From Eledone cirrhosa (lineage: Eukaryota), in NCBI GenBank assembly GCA_964016885.1, contig OZ024741.1, forward strand, positions 181,350,001 through 181,414,000: 64,000 nucleotides of DNA. Direction: 5' to 3'. A model generated the notes under the pieces. The model had not been told where the DNA came from. It searched no databases and saw nothing but the letters and a program-made list of their open reading frames with translations. Position 1 is the stretch's first letter. Each line of letters begins with the position of its first letter. Positions 13,042 through 28,647 of the stretch are shown piece by piece. The translations under genes and the position numbers were made by a program.

Positions 13042-15114
13042 AGAGAGATGAGATAGATAGATAGATAGAGAGGGAGAGGGGGAAGGAGTTAATGTGAGAA
13101 TGAAGCAAATGAAGTAAAATGATAAAGTTGATATATTTAGCTAAAATACGAGTGAATGATACTTAATTATTTTCCTGCTAAGGCCCAGAGCATTTGATGA
13201 GATTTTTTAATGCTTTGGATAATTTCTGTTTGAACATTTTTCTCTTGGTTTCAACCAATTTTAGACACTCCACTTGTTTTTGCTGAAAGGTAAGCAGAGC
13301 AATACCTGGCCATCGTATCAGGGGGACTGTATCAGAACAAGAGAGAGAGAGAGAGAAAATTATTTTCTTACGAAAGTCTGGAGAAATTAACTAGACGTAG
13401 GTTGTGGTATATTCCAACGCAGACGATGGTCGATATACAAATAAAACAGTCATGTATCTGAAGCCTAAAAGATTATTAAAAATTAAATATATAATAATAC
13501 GTATAGCATTTTGAATGATTAATTAATCAGTTGTTTGTAAAAACTTAAAAAGAAGAAACAAACATTTCTCATATGCCTCTATCCCTACGTAAGATGAATG
13601 AGTCAGTCTTCATACTATTAACCCCATTGACAATATGCTTGTTTATCAACAGCAATTTTTCCGCTTCTGTTTAGTACATGTATATAATTTTAGCTAAAGT
13701 GGTGAATTGGCAGTGTTGTTAGAACGTCGGTGAGAATACTTCGTGGTATTCATTCAGGCTCTCTACATTTTGTGTTTAAATCCTGTCGTGGTCACTTTGC
13801 CTTTCAAGACCGATAAAAAAGTACCAGTCCAGTAACGAGGTTGAGTCCTACTTTATAACTCCTTCTCACTCCTCTTCTCTCTCCCTCTCTCTCTCTCGAT
13901 TTCTCTGGAAGAAATCTGCTGTGTTCAGACCTAGAGAGGGGCTCCAAGACATGTCGTATGAAACTACGGCGCCCCAACGCTCCATCAGAAATTATGGGTC
14001 CATACATGCATACATCGTTTCAGCTAGAGCCATCTATAGAACATTTAGATGTGACAGGTGGTGTCAGTAGAGTGTTACATAACAAGGGCCGTGGCCTGAT
14101 CACACTGGGTTGGGTCACCTGGATGAGGGTGTATGTTGTAAAACCCCAAATACGCTGTGACTTTAGTATACAACACTGATGATGAGTCTAAGCATTTGTA
14201 TCCGTGGATGTATGAAAGAGTTGTGAGTCTCCATATTCTGTATTATTAGTTTGATGTTACCCTAATGACTTATTAGAAAGCAGTTTATATCTCGTCTTTG
14301 GTGCCATGCCGTGTATCTCTGACAATATACATGTCACTACATTAGAAATATATAATTTTCAGACATATATATATAATTTACAGCTTCAGGTTGTAAGCAT
14401 CAACGTTAATGGTTACTAACAAATGTTTGTTTTTCTTCTTATAATGCTAAATCAAATTCATTAATCAAATTCTTTTTGGAGGTGAAATTTGTTTTTCTAA
14501 GGTCTTTGATGTGTCTTGAACGAATCTGACTTTCAAAATTGTCGTAAATGATTCATAAAAAAAAAATTAACCGTCCGTCTAGCCGTCAGTATGGGAGTTG
14601 AGGGGAGAGTTAACTAAAACAGGAATAATTCTCCACGGCTTTAAAGGACATAGGGAAAACAACATTTCACCTCCAAAGGGAGATGTGTGTAATAATAAAA
14701 AATTACCACACATTCTTCTCAGATAAAAGGTTATAATACTCTAGCATTATTGTCTCACCCAAAGAACTTCAAAATATCTAATGCAGTAAAAACTGCGACA
14801 GAGAAGAGGAATGAAAAGGAGATAGAGGGGTGGTGGTGGTGGTGGTTAGAAAGAGATATAGAGATGTATATAATAAAGTTACATCGTAAAAAGCCATTTT
14901 AACCATTCAAAGAACACAGGAAAGCTTTAAACGCACTTTATATTTATTTTTGGTGATAAGAGTTTTGACGCACTGTTGCAACCTGGCTACTGACAGTTTT
15001 TGTGTGTTTTAAGAAATGCTAAAACGACTTTTCTTGACGTAATTGCTTTAGTTTCAGTACACGTTCTCAGAAGTCACTTACCAGAAAAATACAGTTTCGA
15101 CATATATATAAATA

Positions 15115-15870
15115 ATTTCTAATTCAGGCACAATGCCAGTAATCTTGGGAGAAGGGGAAAATCGATTGAGTCAACCTCAGTACTTTAAAGGTACTTTATT
15201 TCATCGAGAAGGATGAAAGGAAAAGTTGAACACGGTGGGATTTGAATTTTGAACGTAAAGACCTGTAACTATATACCGTGAAGTATTTATCCAATGCTCT
15301 ATCGATCCTGCCAATCTACCACTCTTCCTAAATATACAATTGTTACTACTTTTAGCACAAGGATAACACTTTTTGGGGAGGGGAAAGTCGATTAAATCGA
15401 CGGCAGTGCGTTAATGGTACTTTACTTTATCGACCCCATAAGGATGAAAGGCAAAGCTATCCTTGGCGGGATTTAAACTCAGAAAGTAAATGACCATCGC
15501 TATATGCCGCAAAACATGTTGTCCGATGCTCTACCGATACTGCGAATAACTGCCCATAAATAATGGTTTCTTATTTAGGCACAAGACCAACAATTTTGGG
15601 AGAAGGGAAAATCGATTTATTTGAACCAGTACGTTACTGGTATTTTATTTTATCAAAGATGAAAGGCAAAACTAACCTCGGCGGGATTTGATTTAATGGT
15701 TTCTGGTTTAGGCACAATGCCAACAATTTTGGGGGAGGGAAAGTTGATTAAATCAACCGCAGTACGTTACTGGTATTCTATTTTATCGACTCCGTAGGAA
15801 TGAAAGGCAAAGCTAACCCCAGCGGGATTTTATCTCAGAATGTAAAAGGCCGTAACTCTATGCTTAATAT
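15115..15870 (-). mobile_element. Cluster of about four head-to-tail SINE copies
   Basis: Repeated GGCACAA..ATCGACCCC..GGATGAAAGGCAAAG..GGGATTTGAACTCAG units. Confidence 0.8.
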
Positions 15871-17304
15871 ACTTCACGATATTATTCCTCACATTTCACC
15901 TTTTTCTTCTCTTATTTTTCTGTCATATGTTAGTAATTGGAGGAGATGCAATACAATCACTGTCAGACTTGTAAGTTTATGGGGACGCCGCCCACTTTGA
16001 ACATACACCTTTTAATATCTGCAAGAAAAAGATGTGTAGGGATGGTACCAGGGTTCTAATTCCATTGCTTGCCTTAGAGTGAATTCCCGCTAACGGCACA
16101 GAAACAGTTCAGACAGTGTTATTTTATTAATGCATCACTGAAATGTATAAAAGATAAACATGACTGTATAGAACTTAAAAAATATATTTTACATGCCCTA
16201 TCACTTGCAAAATAATATAACAAAATGCTTTATATTTTGTTTTATATCGCTATCGTGTAGGTCACGGCATAATATACTTGGACCATGAAATAACTGGACT
16301 TACGTCGGTTCCAGGAATTAGTAATCCAGTTGTTCGTTTAAAGGAACAACCTGTTCATGAAATTAACACACAAGTAGCTGAGAATTCCAATGACACGTGT
16401 ATTCCTAATATAATTTTTATTGAGATTCAGCGTGATACTATTTCAAGAACAGTCCGCCCGCCGGGCTTCCAAACAGTTTTCATATATCCACTTTTACTCA
16501 CAAAGCTTGACTCTACATAAGGCTACAGTAAATGACACTTATCCAAGATGCCACATAGTGGAATCGAACGTGGAACATTATGATTATCAGGCGAACTTAC
16601 CAATCTGCCATGCTGCATCTGCACTGCGCATACCAATGCACAATAGATTTGCACTAAATTATATGTGGATAGTTTTATATGTAAAGTAATATCTTCTAGC
16701 AATTTAGAACAACGATATTATATTATTGAAACCTTTTACTCCTGCCACAAGAACTTACGAAATATATAAAAAAGAGTTCTCGTCTTTCAAAGGAAATGTG
16801 TATTTTCTTATATACCGTGATTAATTTAGAACGTAAGTAGTTAGTTTTGGATTATTTATTATGCAAATAAATGGTAAATTTCCTCACGAATTCAACAATT
16901 ATTTATTACAAAAGAGAAATATAAGCCTTAGGGAATAAAATCTAGTGACTTGCCTAAAAATGCTATGGCTGCAGTTGGTTTAAATTCTCGTGTTGTAGGC
17001 GGTCAAATAACTTATTCGTTCGAAACTTTTATCTCTATTACTTCTAACCCATTTAAATAATACATAATATAACAATAAAAGGTATCAATAGATTTGAATA
17101 ATATTTTTTTTTGCAACGAACTCATAAATCAGCTTTCAACTTTTAATTTGAGAAGTCTTCTGTAAACATTTTAAATGAATAACATTTGATTTACGACTCC
17201 TGAGTTACTTGAAAAAAGGCGAACCCAAGATTTTGTTTCACCGTTTCTTAAATTAAAGTTAAATAAAAACAACTATTCCTCATTTGTAATTATATTCTTA
17301 TCTA

Positions 17305-17510
17305 AGGGTGGTGGATTGGCAGAATGATTACAGTGTCGGAGAAATGTTTGTGGAACTTGCTACGGCTCTTTTCGTTCTGAGTTCAAATCCTGCCGAGGTC
17401 AATTTATCTTTCATCCTTAAGAGGCCGATAAAATATAGTATCATTGGAATACATTGGAGGTTGATGTAATCGACTTTTCTCTCCCTTCAAAATTGCTGCC
17501 TTGTGTATTT
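17305..17510 (+). mobile_element. SINE, diverged copy
   Basis: GGTGGTGGATTGGCAG..GAGTTCAAATCCTGCCGAGG..TTTCATCC. Confidence 0.75.
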
Positions 17511-17776
17511 ATGAGGAACAATTTTGTTGCTAGTTTCAAATTTAACAAATTATTATTTTTGTGAATAGTTTTAGAGATTAAACAATTTATATCTGTTACT
17601 GATAATGGAATTAAATATGCTACTAGTTAGTCGCTACAAACATACTACATGCATTTCAATGGCTATTTCCCTGGCTTCTCTTATATTACTTTTCGGGCTA
17701 TTTCGATAAGATCTAATGACGTGTACTTAAATTTCAGCCTATTTGAAATGCAGATTAAAACACACACACACACACA

Positions 17777-17817
<41 letters not shown>

Positions 17818-18279
17818 GCGCACACACTCTCACTCACCCCCTCAAAACATAAGGCACACACAGAGGAATAAAAATAAAACAAAATAAAGAAGAAGAACAT
17901 GAGGTAAACGGGAGGGAAAACAAAACATACCCCCCCCCTCAAAAAAAAACAAAGCAAACAAACAAAAGTAATTCAAGATAGAAGTGAAAGGAATAGAAGA
18001 CAAAGAAAGAAAAAATAAACGTAAGCAGAGAAGGGAGTGAGAGAAAAGAAATGAAATAGAAGCCGAACGGTAAAAGTATGAAAATTCAAAGAAGCCATAA
18101 CAACGACAAAAGTTTTATTTAGGAAAATTCTAATTTGGTAATAATTTATAAAATTCGTTGAGTAAATTTGAAATCTTTACATGGTCGGCAGTTTCTTCCG
18201 AAGATATATGTTTACAAAGAATGAATTGAACATGGTATGCCTCACATTAGAATTATCTCCTTTTCAATCTCCCCACTCC

Positions 18280-18866
<587 letters not shown>

Positions 18867-19249
18867 AATTAATAAATGAAACAAACAAGACATAGGAGGC
18901 AGTTTTACACGTGTATATCCATATACATGGAAGTGATATAGCATGCTTGAAGCATTGTGAAAAATGAAAAATGTGTAGGCTTTTGGAAACCGTTAAAATA
19001 GAAATAGGATTTAAATACTGAGATAACAAAGCCACGCAAGAAACGAAAATTAACAACGAAAGAGAAAAAAAACGAGGAAGTATGGATGTTCCCTTGGAAA
19101 TATTTATTAGCTTCGACATAATCTTAGAGAGTGGCGTTAAACATTCATATGACTTGCGCTTGCGTTGGAATTCTCCGGCCTTGTTACCATAATGTTCTTT
19201 ACTTCAATTGCATTATTGTGGTCTCCAAAAATGTATATATATATATATA

Positions 19250-19660
19250 TTTACGTAGACCACGGAGTGTATGTGCAAAAACGCACCTGTACCGTGTCGT
19301 ATTTGTGACAGTATTGTATAAGCTCAATGTACGAGAACAGAGCCGTTATATGTAAAAGAAATCAAAGAACGCCTACATACTCATACAATTTTTATTTGCT
19401 GACAATGTTTCATCCATACCATGGGGCAGGAATCATCAGAGCTTTATAAACAAAAATACAGTGCTGAGTATAAGCTCTACCAAGCTTAGTCACATGAACA
19501 TTAGAAATACAACAGAGGGTAACAAGAGGGAGATCGGAAATGGAGAATATGGAGAGAGTGCATAATGGGGTTGTTATTCAACACTACAGCTATATGCTAG
19601 GGTACAGGCAGAATTTTTTCACAAGAGGCGGAAGCACGTGAGGGCATACATAAGCAAAAA
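19250..19660 (-). mobile_element. Solo pLTR fragment of a Naiad-type family related to the 44.5-49.7 kb element
   Basis: Reverse complement aligns with 49450-49670; abuts (TA)n at 19235-19250. Confidence 0.7.
19398..19443 (-). ncRNA. Minimal type I hammerhead ribozyme (pLTR)
   Basis: Minus strand GCT CTGATGA TTCCTGCCCCATGGTATGGAT GAAAC ATT GTC AGC: intact core, GUC site. Confidence 0.75.
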
Positions 19661-19883
19661 GCATATAACAATAGTTAAAACATATAATAATAAAGTAAAA
19701 TGAAAATAATAATATAAAAAGATAAATTAAAAATTAAAAAAGAAAAAGAGAAAAAATTTAAAGCACACAAAAGCCAGAGGAAGCTATGCGTTGGTCACTA
19801 TAATAACAGGTGATTTAGTTCTCCATAACTTAGAATTATAGAAATACTAAGAAGCTCCTAAGATACCTTCAGAAAGTCCAAGG

Positions 19884-20066
19884 GGATTGGCAGTATCAGT
19901 AGATGGTCGGACACAATGCTTTGCGGCAAAGAGTTACGGCCCTTTATGATCTGAGTTCAAATCCCGCCGAGGTTAACTTTGCCTTTCATCCTTACGAGGT
20001 CGATAAAATAAAGTACCAGTAATGTACTGGGTAATTGCTGGCCTTGTGCCAAAAGTAGAAACAATT
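19884..20066 (+). mobile_element. SINE full copy
   Basis: Close match to 1185-1375. Confidence 0.85.
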
Positions 20067-20084
20067 ATATATATATATATATAT

Positions 20085-23000
20085 TTTTATTAAAATAACA
20101 GATTAAAGTTTAAGCAAAGAATCGCTGCTTTCACCCTTAACGGGATCTTCTGAAACTAACAAAGTCAATCTGTAAACGCAGAAGTGGATATTTCAAAAAA
20201 CGTTGTAACCGGAGGAAGACAGGAAGACGATACTTTGGTTCGTGGAAACGTTCCCTGGCAAAGAACGGGAAAAACGAATATAATACGTCATTAATAGGAG
20301 CGGTGAAAAACAATTACGCGCAAAGACCGAACCACGTTTATGGTATAAAAGAAGTCGTAGACTAATTATCTCTTAGGTGGTTCATAGAGACGTTCTCTGG
20401 CAATGAACGGAAAAAACGAAGATAATACGTCATATGTGGAGCGTAGAGAACAATTGCACGCAAAGACAAAACCACGTAAATGGTATAGCTGAAGTCGTAG
20501 ACTAAATTCTAACTAGGAAACCGAATGAATCTCCGCTTCAGAGTTAAGAAAAAAGTAAATAAATACAATACAGGGGTAATAGAAATTAAATAAATGCATA
20601 CACACATTCAAATACGTACATACACAAGCATACGCAAAACACTTGCCATAGGTATACAAAACCACGCACATATAAATATGTGTGTGTGTGTGTGTGCGTG
20701 TATACAAATAAATAATTAAATAAACGTATATAAATAAATAAATACGTATATAACAAGCGCACCCACATACCTACATGTAAATACACAAATGTTCGAAGAC
20801 GTAAGTCAGCCAAAACATGAAGTACACATATACACACACCCTACATACGTACGAACCTGCATACACACGCAGACGCAAAACTCCCGTATACACATAACCA
20901 AACCATATGTACCAGAAAATATAAAAAATGTATACGCCACAACATAATCACTCAAATATACGCATGAGGAAGTATACGTACCTTCACAAAACATACAGGT
21001 AATATATACTTACCTATGCAAATAAGTATAAACAAAACATATACTTAGCTACCACATCAAGACGTAACAAATCCACGTATAGATCGTACTATCCGTTAGG
21101 GTATAATGTGGGGCTGTAATACAGGAAAGTTTTGTGCAATTTATGTTTACAAGCCGAAATTGCCTCAGATTTTTTGTTTAAGTTGTGGTTTGTGGCGTAG
21201 AGTATTTCCAGGGCCTCAGCGGCGCAGAGGTCACATGGTCTTTTATTTCCGTTATACGATCTAGCCCTAGCTAGGATGTCCCAGTGTAACTTAAATTGGG
21301 TGTGGTTGTCTTTTAGACTCCAGATATAAGCTGAAAGTGACGTCATATTCCTTCTAAGAGGGTAACGAAAAGAATGGGTATGCATGTAAAGACGCTGCTT
21401 GAATCTATTGGCGGTTAACCCTATGTAGGCCCTACGGGACGTGGGTGTTTTAACCTTACATTTGTAGACAATGTTACTAGAGAGGCATTTCCCGGATAGG
21501 GGGCAATCAACCTGATTCCTACAATTACAGTTAGTACTAACTACAGGGTTGCACGTGTTCCTACGGTTAGGTAGTTTAGCTAAATTTGAAGCTGTGATGT
21601 TATGTGCAAGGTTAGGAGTCGTAGAGTAAGAAATTTTAATAGTATTTCTATTAAATATTTTACTATATTTATGTGTAGGGGGAAAATGCTTCGTAATAAG
21701 GGAAGAAAGATCTTAGCTAATGGTGTGGCCACCTCCATATTATATGGTGGGTTATACCAACAAATACGACGGGATCTATTACTTCTAGGTCTATTTTCGT
21801 ACTCTGTATATGCTACCTTATCGACAAATCCACTCCGAGCAAGAGCTTCATTGTAATAAGTGGAATGGTCGTTGAAAATATGCTCGTTAGTAGATAGACG
21901 GGAAAGCCTCAACGAAACGTTTCTTACCAGGTTCTTGGTTATGCTGGCAGGATGGTTGGAATGCTTACTTAGGTAATTAAGCGTATCATTCGGCTTTCTA
22001 TACGGGTAATACAACCCATTCGATAAATTGAGGGTAACGTCGAGGTAATTAACGACCGAGAGATTGGCCTCAACCTGTATAGAGAGGTTGAAACCTTTAA
22101 AGAAGGCTGTGAGTTCTTTTCTGAATCTGTCGCAAGCACGAGGTCCGCACTTAGTCATGGTCAAAAGACCATCATCACGGTACAAACCACCGCCCGCGTT
22201 GGGGAATTCGTCCTTGATAGAGAAAAGAAGGAAAAGGCCGATAAGATCAGTAACCTCCGCAGAATCGCTAGCGCCCATACTCACGTCGAATGGGGGTACT
22301 ATTGGATTTTTTAATCCAAATAGAGTCGTCGAAATTAATCACCGACTTACGGGCATTGAGGATGACATCAACTTCGAAATCCTTTACCACTGTGAGTGTT
22401 TTAGCGAAATTGATAGCTCTAAGGTGAAGTGGTAAAGTGATGGAGGAGTAGTAATTGTTGATGTCGAATTGGATAAAACGGCAATGTTCCTTGTTGCACA
22501 TGCCGTTGAACCAATCAATCACCGCGAAAGAATTGTCCCACAGTGCAAGAGGGGCCAAACTTCTAATTTCAGGTATAATTCTATCAAGAACCCTTTTACT
22601 AAGTCTACCTAAATCGGACTTCGTAGGGTTAATAAGCCGAATAGAGGAGTTGTTCTGAAAATTGGATTTGTGATGCTTCACGGTAAAGTGGGGAGAAATA
22701 GGGTCCAGAGGTTCGGTCCGGTCCAGGATGTTGAGATCAGAGGTGATTTAAAACCCAGCATCGTTGATTTCATTGATGACGCACCGATTAGTTTTACGGT
22801 AATCCTTAGTAACAGCATTATGTAGTAGTTGATGGTACGTACTGCGCTCCACTTGATATAGGTTGCCAGTTTTGTCGGAATGGACGTGCACGGCATTAGA
22901 ATCCTTAATAGAACGAATTCTATTCTTCAGGTCCTGCTCCGTATGAGTTCCAAGACATCATTTTCGAAGGGTAGCAATGCTGGGTTACACGGGGGGTTAT

Positions 23001-23232
23001 TATAGGTTTTAAACCCAAATTTATCCTGTTTGTTGTCTGCTTTTCGCGGATTATCGCGGATTATCGAAATAAAAGGCACGCCAACGCAACCTTTTAATGA
23101 ACGCGTCTGCTTTCTATATCAGGAGTTTTAGGTATGTTTTCCTGCTTGGTACGGGTATGTTCTTTGTAGAAATATTCAGATGTTGTTTCTGCATGATGAA
23201 TATAAGTCAATAGAGTGCTCAACCGAGGGAGC

Positions 23233-23236
<4 letters not shown>
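20085..23236 (-). mobile_element. Near full-length decayed Penelope-like element (Naiad-type); ORF remnants 23194 to 21089
   Basis: Starts MQKQHLNISTKNIPVPSRKTYLKLL; IRLINPTKSDLG, FIQFDINNYYSSI, MGASDSAEVTDLIG, GLYRDDGL, NYLDVTLNL, WYNPPY, CNC..CPL..C, YIG, CDLC, CKH; (TA)n at both ends; degenerate hammerhead-like core near 20125-20160. Confidence 0.9.
20236..20510. repeat. Two diverged tandem copies of an approximately 140-bp unit in the PLE 3' UTR
   Basis: ACGTTC.CTGGCAA.GAACGG..AATACGTCAT..CGCAAAGAC..AACCACGT..GAAGTCGTAGACTAA occurs twice. Confidence 0.8.
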
Positions 23237-23270
<34 letters not shown>

Positions 23271-23415
23271 AAGGGACAGGGGCTGGATAAGGTGTACTTA
23301 TAAATAAGAACGGGAGAAAGTTTTCCTTCATCAGTTGTCCGCTGGGGGTCATATATACTTCAACGCAATATATATATATGAGGAATTTGTAGTTTACTTG
23401 AAGCATTATATATGC

Positions 23416-23796
23416 TATAAAGAATTCGAAGTTTGAAAGCCATGACAATGCGGGTTTGGACGGAGAATAATTAAATCGTAAGAAACAGGGTCTGTTTTTT
23501 TACCTTAATTTATTCTTATGTCCTGATATTTCGAGAATAATATCTCTTTTTCCGAGGAAAATAAAGGAACTATTCCAGTGTCCGATGTGGCTTGCTATAC
23601 CATGCTGACCGGAAGGTATAGAAAGCCTCACCGGACACTGGGATAGATCCTTTATTTTCCTCGGAAGAAGAGATATTAATCTCGAAATATCAGGACACAT
23701 GAATCAATTAAGGTAAAAAAACAGACCCTGTTTCTTACGACTTAATTATTCTCCGTCCAAACCCGCATTGTCATGGCTTTCAAACTTCGAATTCTT

Positions 23797-23800
<4 letters not shown>
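23416..23800. repeat. Approximately 385-bp palindrome (arms about 185 bp) among TA tracts
   Basis: TATAAAGAATTCGAAGTTTGAAAGCCATGACAATGCGGG... is mirrored at the right end; centre near 23608. Confidence 0.9.
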
Positions 23801-23871
<71 letters not shown>

Positions 23872-25059
23872 GTGTGTGTTTTTCCAAAGAGCGTTTTTAT
23901 TTGAGTCGTCCCTTGGTCAACTGATGACAAACTGATAAACCAGTTACACCCCTTTACCACTCTCATCATGAAAGTGCTTCAGCAATCCTGTAAATTCAAA
24001 CGCTATTTACACAATTCCAAACACAAATAATAATTTCATGCAACGGAGTATGAGACGATAAAACAACAACTAGAGAGTAAGTCAATGGAAGTTAGAGGAT
24101 TAAAATGAGAGTTCGTCTCTCTCTTTCTTGATCAATGCTTTATTTCAAATATTAAATTCAGTATTAGTAGAAGAAAATTTTGTTTGTAAACAGAAACAGA
24201 GTGCACTATGTTACAAGCAAGAAGACGGCATTTTAAATTCATGACTTTTTTATAACTTTGTTTATATATATTAGCTACGATGCTATATAAACAAGTATAT
24301 TTCAAATAATTTCTGTTTTGCATCTTGTTAACGAAGGTAACATATCTACATATGCATTTATAATGTGAAGCACAATCATTAATATTATAATAGATATTGA
24401 TTTACATCAGAAATGGTGTTGTATTTCGATTGCTAACTCAGTTTTGTCAATGGAGGAAAGTGTTATATATTTAGCAGTTGTTTAAATACAGCTTTGAGTT
24501 AATGCATGCGGTGAGTTAGTAAAGCTGTTATTTTACCAACCACTGTTGGCACTCGATGACTGAATCTGCTATACGCACACGACTTATGTATATGTTTTAC
24601 AGATAGAGAGGGCTCTGCTTGTTTTTAAAACTATTAGATATATTTCTGATTACATCTTCCGATATGTATTTATGTAAATTGTCACACGGTGTTCTATACG
24701 CTAAAGTAAAGAGAACTCAATTATTGCACCCATATTTGTAACTATGTGACGCTCACCTAAAAATATATCAATATCGATGCAGCCGCCTCTCCTTCTATCT
24801 GCTCAATACTTGATGTTGAGATGGGTCAAAATTGTGAGGATACAAACGAGCGATAAAAAGCAATCAATTCATTATGTAGAAGTCGAAAGTATTTATATTA
24901 ACAGTTTGAAGTATTTTTACATTACTACCGCTTTCAAGCCATAAGCTCATCTTTCTCATCAGCTGCATGGAAAATAAATAAAACAATATAGAAATTGCAG
25001 CATAGGGCCATGTTTCAAAGGGCTTCCATTGGCTGGTAAACAGCGACACCAGTTGAGTC

Positions 25060-26422
25060 TTTTTCTTCTTATCGTGTCCACAAGAGTGTCAGTTAAAAAG
25101 CTTCGCTAGATGTGGTTTCGCCACAGCTGAACACATTGCTGTTTTTTCTCATTAAACTGTTCTGAGTCCAATACAGTGCAGGAGTGTTCTAGCAGGGGGC
25201 ATATCAGGAGGTGTTGCATAATCTGTGGTTCGATGCCACATTCACATACAACGTCCCCATCCTTTAACTATCCTCATTTTACAAGATTGACTTTTGCACG
25301 TCCAACACCAGATCTTATTCTGTTGAGGCATTTCCACGCTGCATAGTTTATATCTGCTCCAGGTGGCAGTGCCTCACTCGCCTTTAGCTCCATTATTGTT
25401 ACTGATAGGAGGTTGTTAAGTTTTTCTTCCCAGCGAGAGACTCTTTCACTACTTATGCTTGATATTCCAAGGGTCATGACGCACATTAGGAAAATTTTCA
25501 TGGACGTAAGGTGGCCTTTGACTGGCACATGGCCGAAGAGAGAATGTTTTTGATCTGTAGTTTGTTGTTGACGCTCTTTCTTGCTTGCTGCACTTCATCG
25601 TACCTTTTGTGGGGTTATGCTTGCCAGGATATTCAGACGGCTCGTTGGTGTAGCTTTCAGGTAGCCTGTGATGAGGCGGCATTTAGTATTGAGGGCGGGA
25701 TCTATATTTTGAACATGGACAGCTCGCTCCTATACTGGGCATGCATACTCGGCAGCTGAGTAGCAGAGGGCTGGAGCAGTTGACTTCAGAGTCTGTGGAT
25801 TTGCACCCCAGATTCTGCCAGTGAGCTTGCGGATGATGTTGATCCTCGCATTAACTTTGCACTTGGTCTTCTCAATGTGGATCTTAAAAAAGAGACACCT
25901 GTCCAGGGTTACACCGAGATAGACTGGGTGCTCACAGTGTTCAAAGGGGGTTCCTGACCAGTTAACATTCAGTTGGCGCTTCGTTTCATGGTTTCGCAGA
26001 TAGAAGGCAAGCACCCGCGTCTTGGATGAACAAGCACGCAGGTGGTTCGGTTCTCTTCATAATAAGGTGTTGGCTCTTCCGGAGCATTTGAGAGTCTATC
26101 TTCCACAACTTTGAAATCAGTGTCTTGTGCACCTTTGCCAAGATAGTCTGCATAGATGAAGCGACGGGTGTCTGCACTTCTTGGTTGGTCGTTGCTGTAA
26201 ATTTTGAAGAGAAGTGGTGCATGCACACTTCCCTGTGGGAGGCCATTCTTAAGTCTTCGCCATCTGCTTATCTTCTCTCCTAGCCCAACAAATAAGTACC
26301 TGTTTTCAAGCATGCTTTCAGTCAACTCCGTCAGACAGGTGTCTCTTGTGGTCTCCAGAATCTTGCTAAGGAGATGTCTGTGGTTGACTGTGTCATAGGC
26401 AGTTGGGAGGTCGACACACGCG
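25060..26422 (-). mobile_element. 5'-truncated Vingi/Ingi-like LINE
   Basis: VDLPTAYDTV, GLPQGSV.APLLF, FIYAD, YLGVTLDR, WGANPQTL..ALCYSAAEYACPV, WKCLNRIRSGVG, C-terminal CECG..QHLLIC; stop near 25107. Confidence 0.85.
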
Positions 26423-27222
<800 letters not shown>

Positions 27223-27448
27223 ATATGTATATTAACAGACTTGGTATTGGAGTGTTACGATAGTATCTGATCAATGAGAGGAAGGTATATTCTACTGATG
27301 CTTGAATTCCTTCATTCTAAATCATATGCCACCAATTCTTTGAGAAAACAACACCACTCTTCGGGACAAGGCATATCAAAGGACCGAAATAACGGGGGTA
27401 AACTTTGTTCCACCATTATGTTTTTCTATTTTTTCTGTTCAAGTTCTA

Positions 27449-27507
27449 GCTGCCTGATGAGGTCATAGCTGTTGAATAATCGTTATCATCGAAATATATA
27501 TTACAGC
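27449..27507 (+). ncRNA. Degenerate hammerhead in a probable PLE pLTR remnant
   Basis: GCTG.CTGATGA..GAAATATATATT.CAGC, followed by AATAAA and (TA)n. Confidence 0.4.
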
Positions 27508-27579
27508 GAATATGAATAAACGAAGTTAAGCTTAATCTGTTGATTTACCTCTAGCTGGATTACCTAAAACAATACCTTG

Positions 27580-27704
<125 letters not shown>

Positions 27705-28554
27705 TACATATATATATAGAGATATTGTACCTTAATTATTACGCTATACATAATCACATACGCCCATACAAACAAACACGTACATACACATATAATAATC
27801 CTTATTATGGCTAAGTGATGAGTCTTGTTATTTATGGAGTTTCACCTATGTACTCACATGGTTATCTGACAAGGCACTCTCTTTATATATTTGAGGAAAG
27901 GTGACTGTTTATTTGAGGGGAGTTACTACGTTGTGCATTATCCGATTTAATTGCTGACCTCATATAGTTCCAAACAAAATACCAAGAACTAATAGAGGTA
28001 TCCCCACTTCTAGTCATGATAGCCTGCAAAACAACACACGATGCCTTGATAATAGATTAAATAGAACAAAATATAGAAAGAGAAATTAGTAGGGTAATTT
28101 AAATAATAGCAGTTACAATGCTATCAACAATCTCATTAAAAACATTTAAATCGAACACATTTGATATGCAATGGATTTTCATTGCATCTGCATAATGAAA
28201 ATTGATGTACCATTATTAGTAAAATCAATGTGAAGAGTTCATCGCAAATTATCCAAGGGAAATACAACTATGAACTCTCAGTTATATTAGCAATAATATT
28301 TTTGAAGAATTAGAATATATTATTTTCTGTATGTTTTTATTTCACATTAAAATTTGTGCTTTTAGTTATATATATATATTTGAAATTATATTTCAACAAG
28401 AAAATAACTTTGGGGAATTGCACCAGTATTGCACATTTGGGAAAGAAAACTTGACAGAATGCTGTTTTAGAGATATTTTCAAAATTAGTACATTATGTAA
28501 TTAACAGCAATCAATACACAGAAAAATATTGGTTCTTCCATTTGAAACCAACAG

Positions 28555-28647
28555 AGACTGCTTGATGGGAACTGTCATGGAGCCAAGAAAGCGCCGGAAC
28601 ACAATTAACAATTATAAAAGATCGTCGGAACACAACCTGCTAATTAG
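28555..28647 (+). CDS. Possible 93-bp host exon (unverified)
   Basis: CAG acceptor, AG/GTAAAC donor, length divisible by 3, open frame DCLMGTVMEPRKRRNTINNYKRSSEHNLLI; weak pyrimidine tract, no recognised homology. Confidence 0.2.

Noticed and set aside
14168-14230. Hammerhead candidate CTGATGA..GAAAG
   Set aside because: Stem II is overlong and stem III and the cleavage triplet do not fit; at best a decayed remnant
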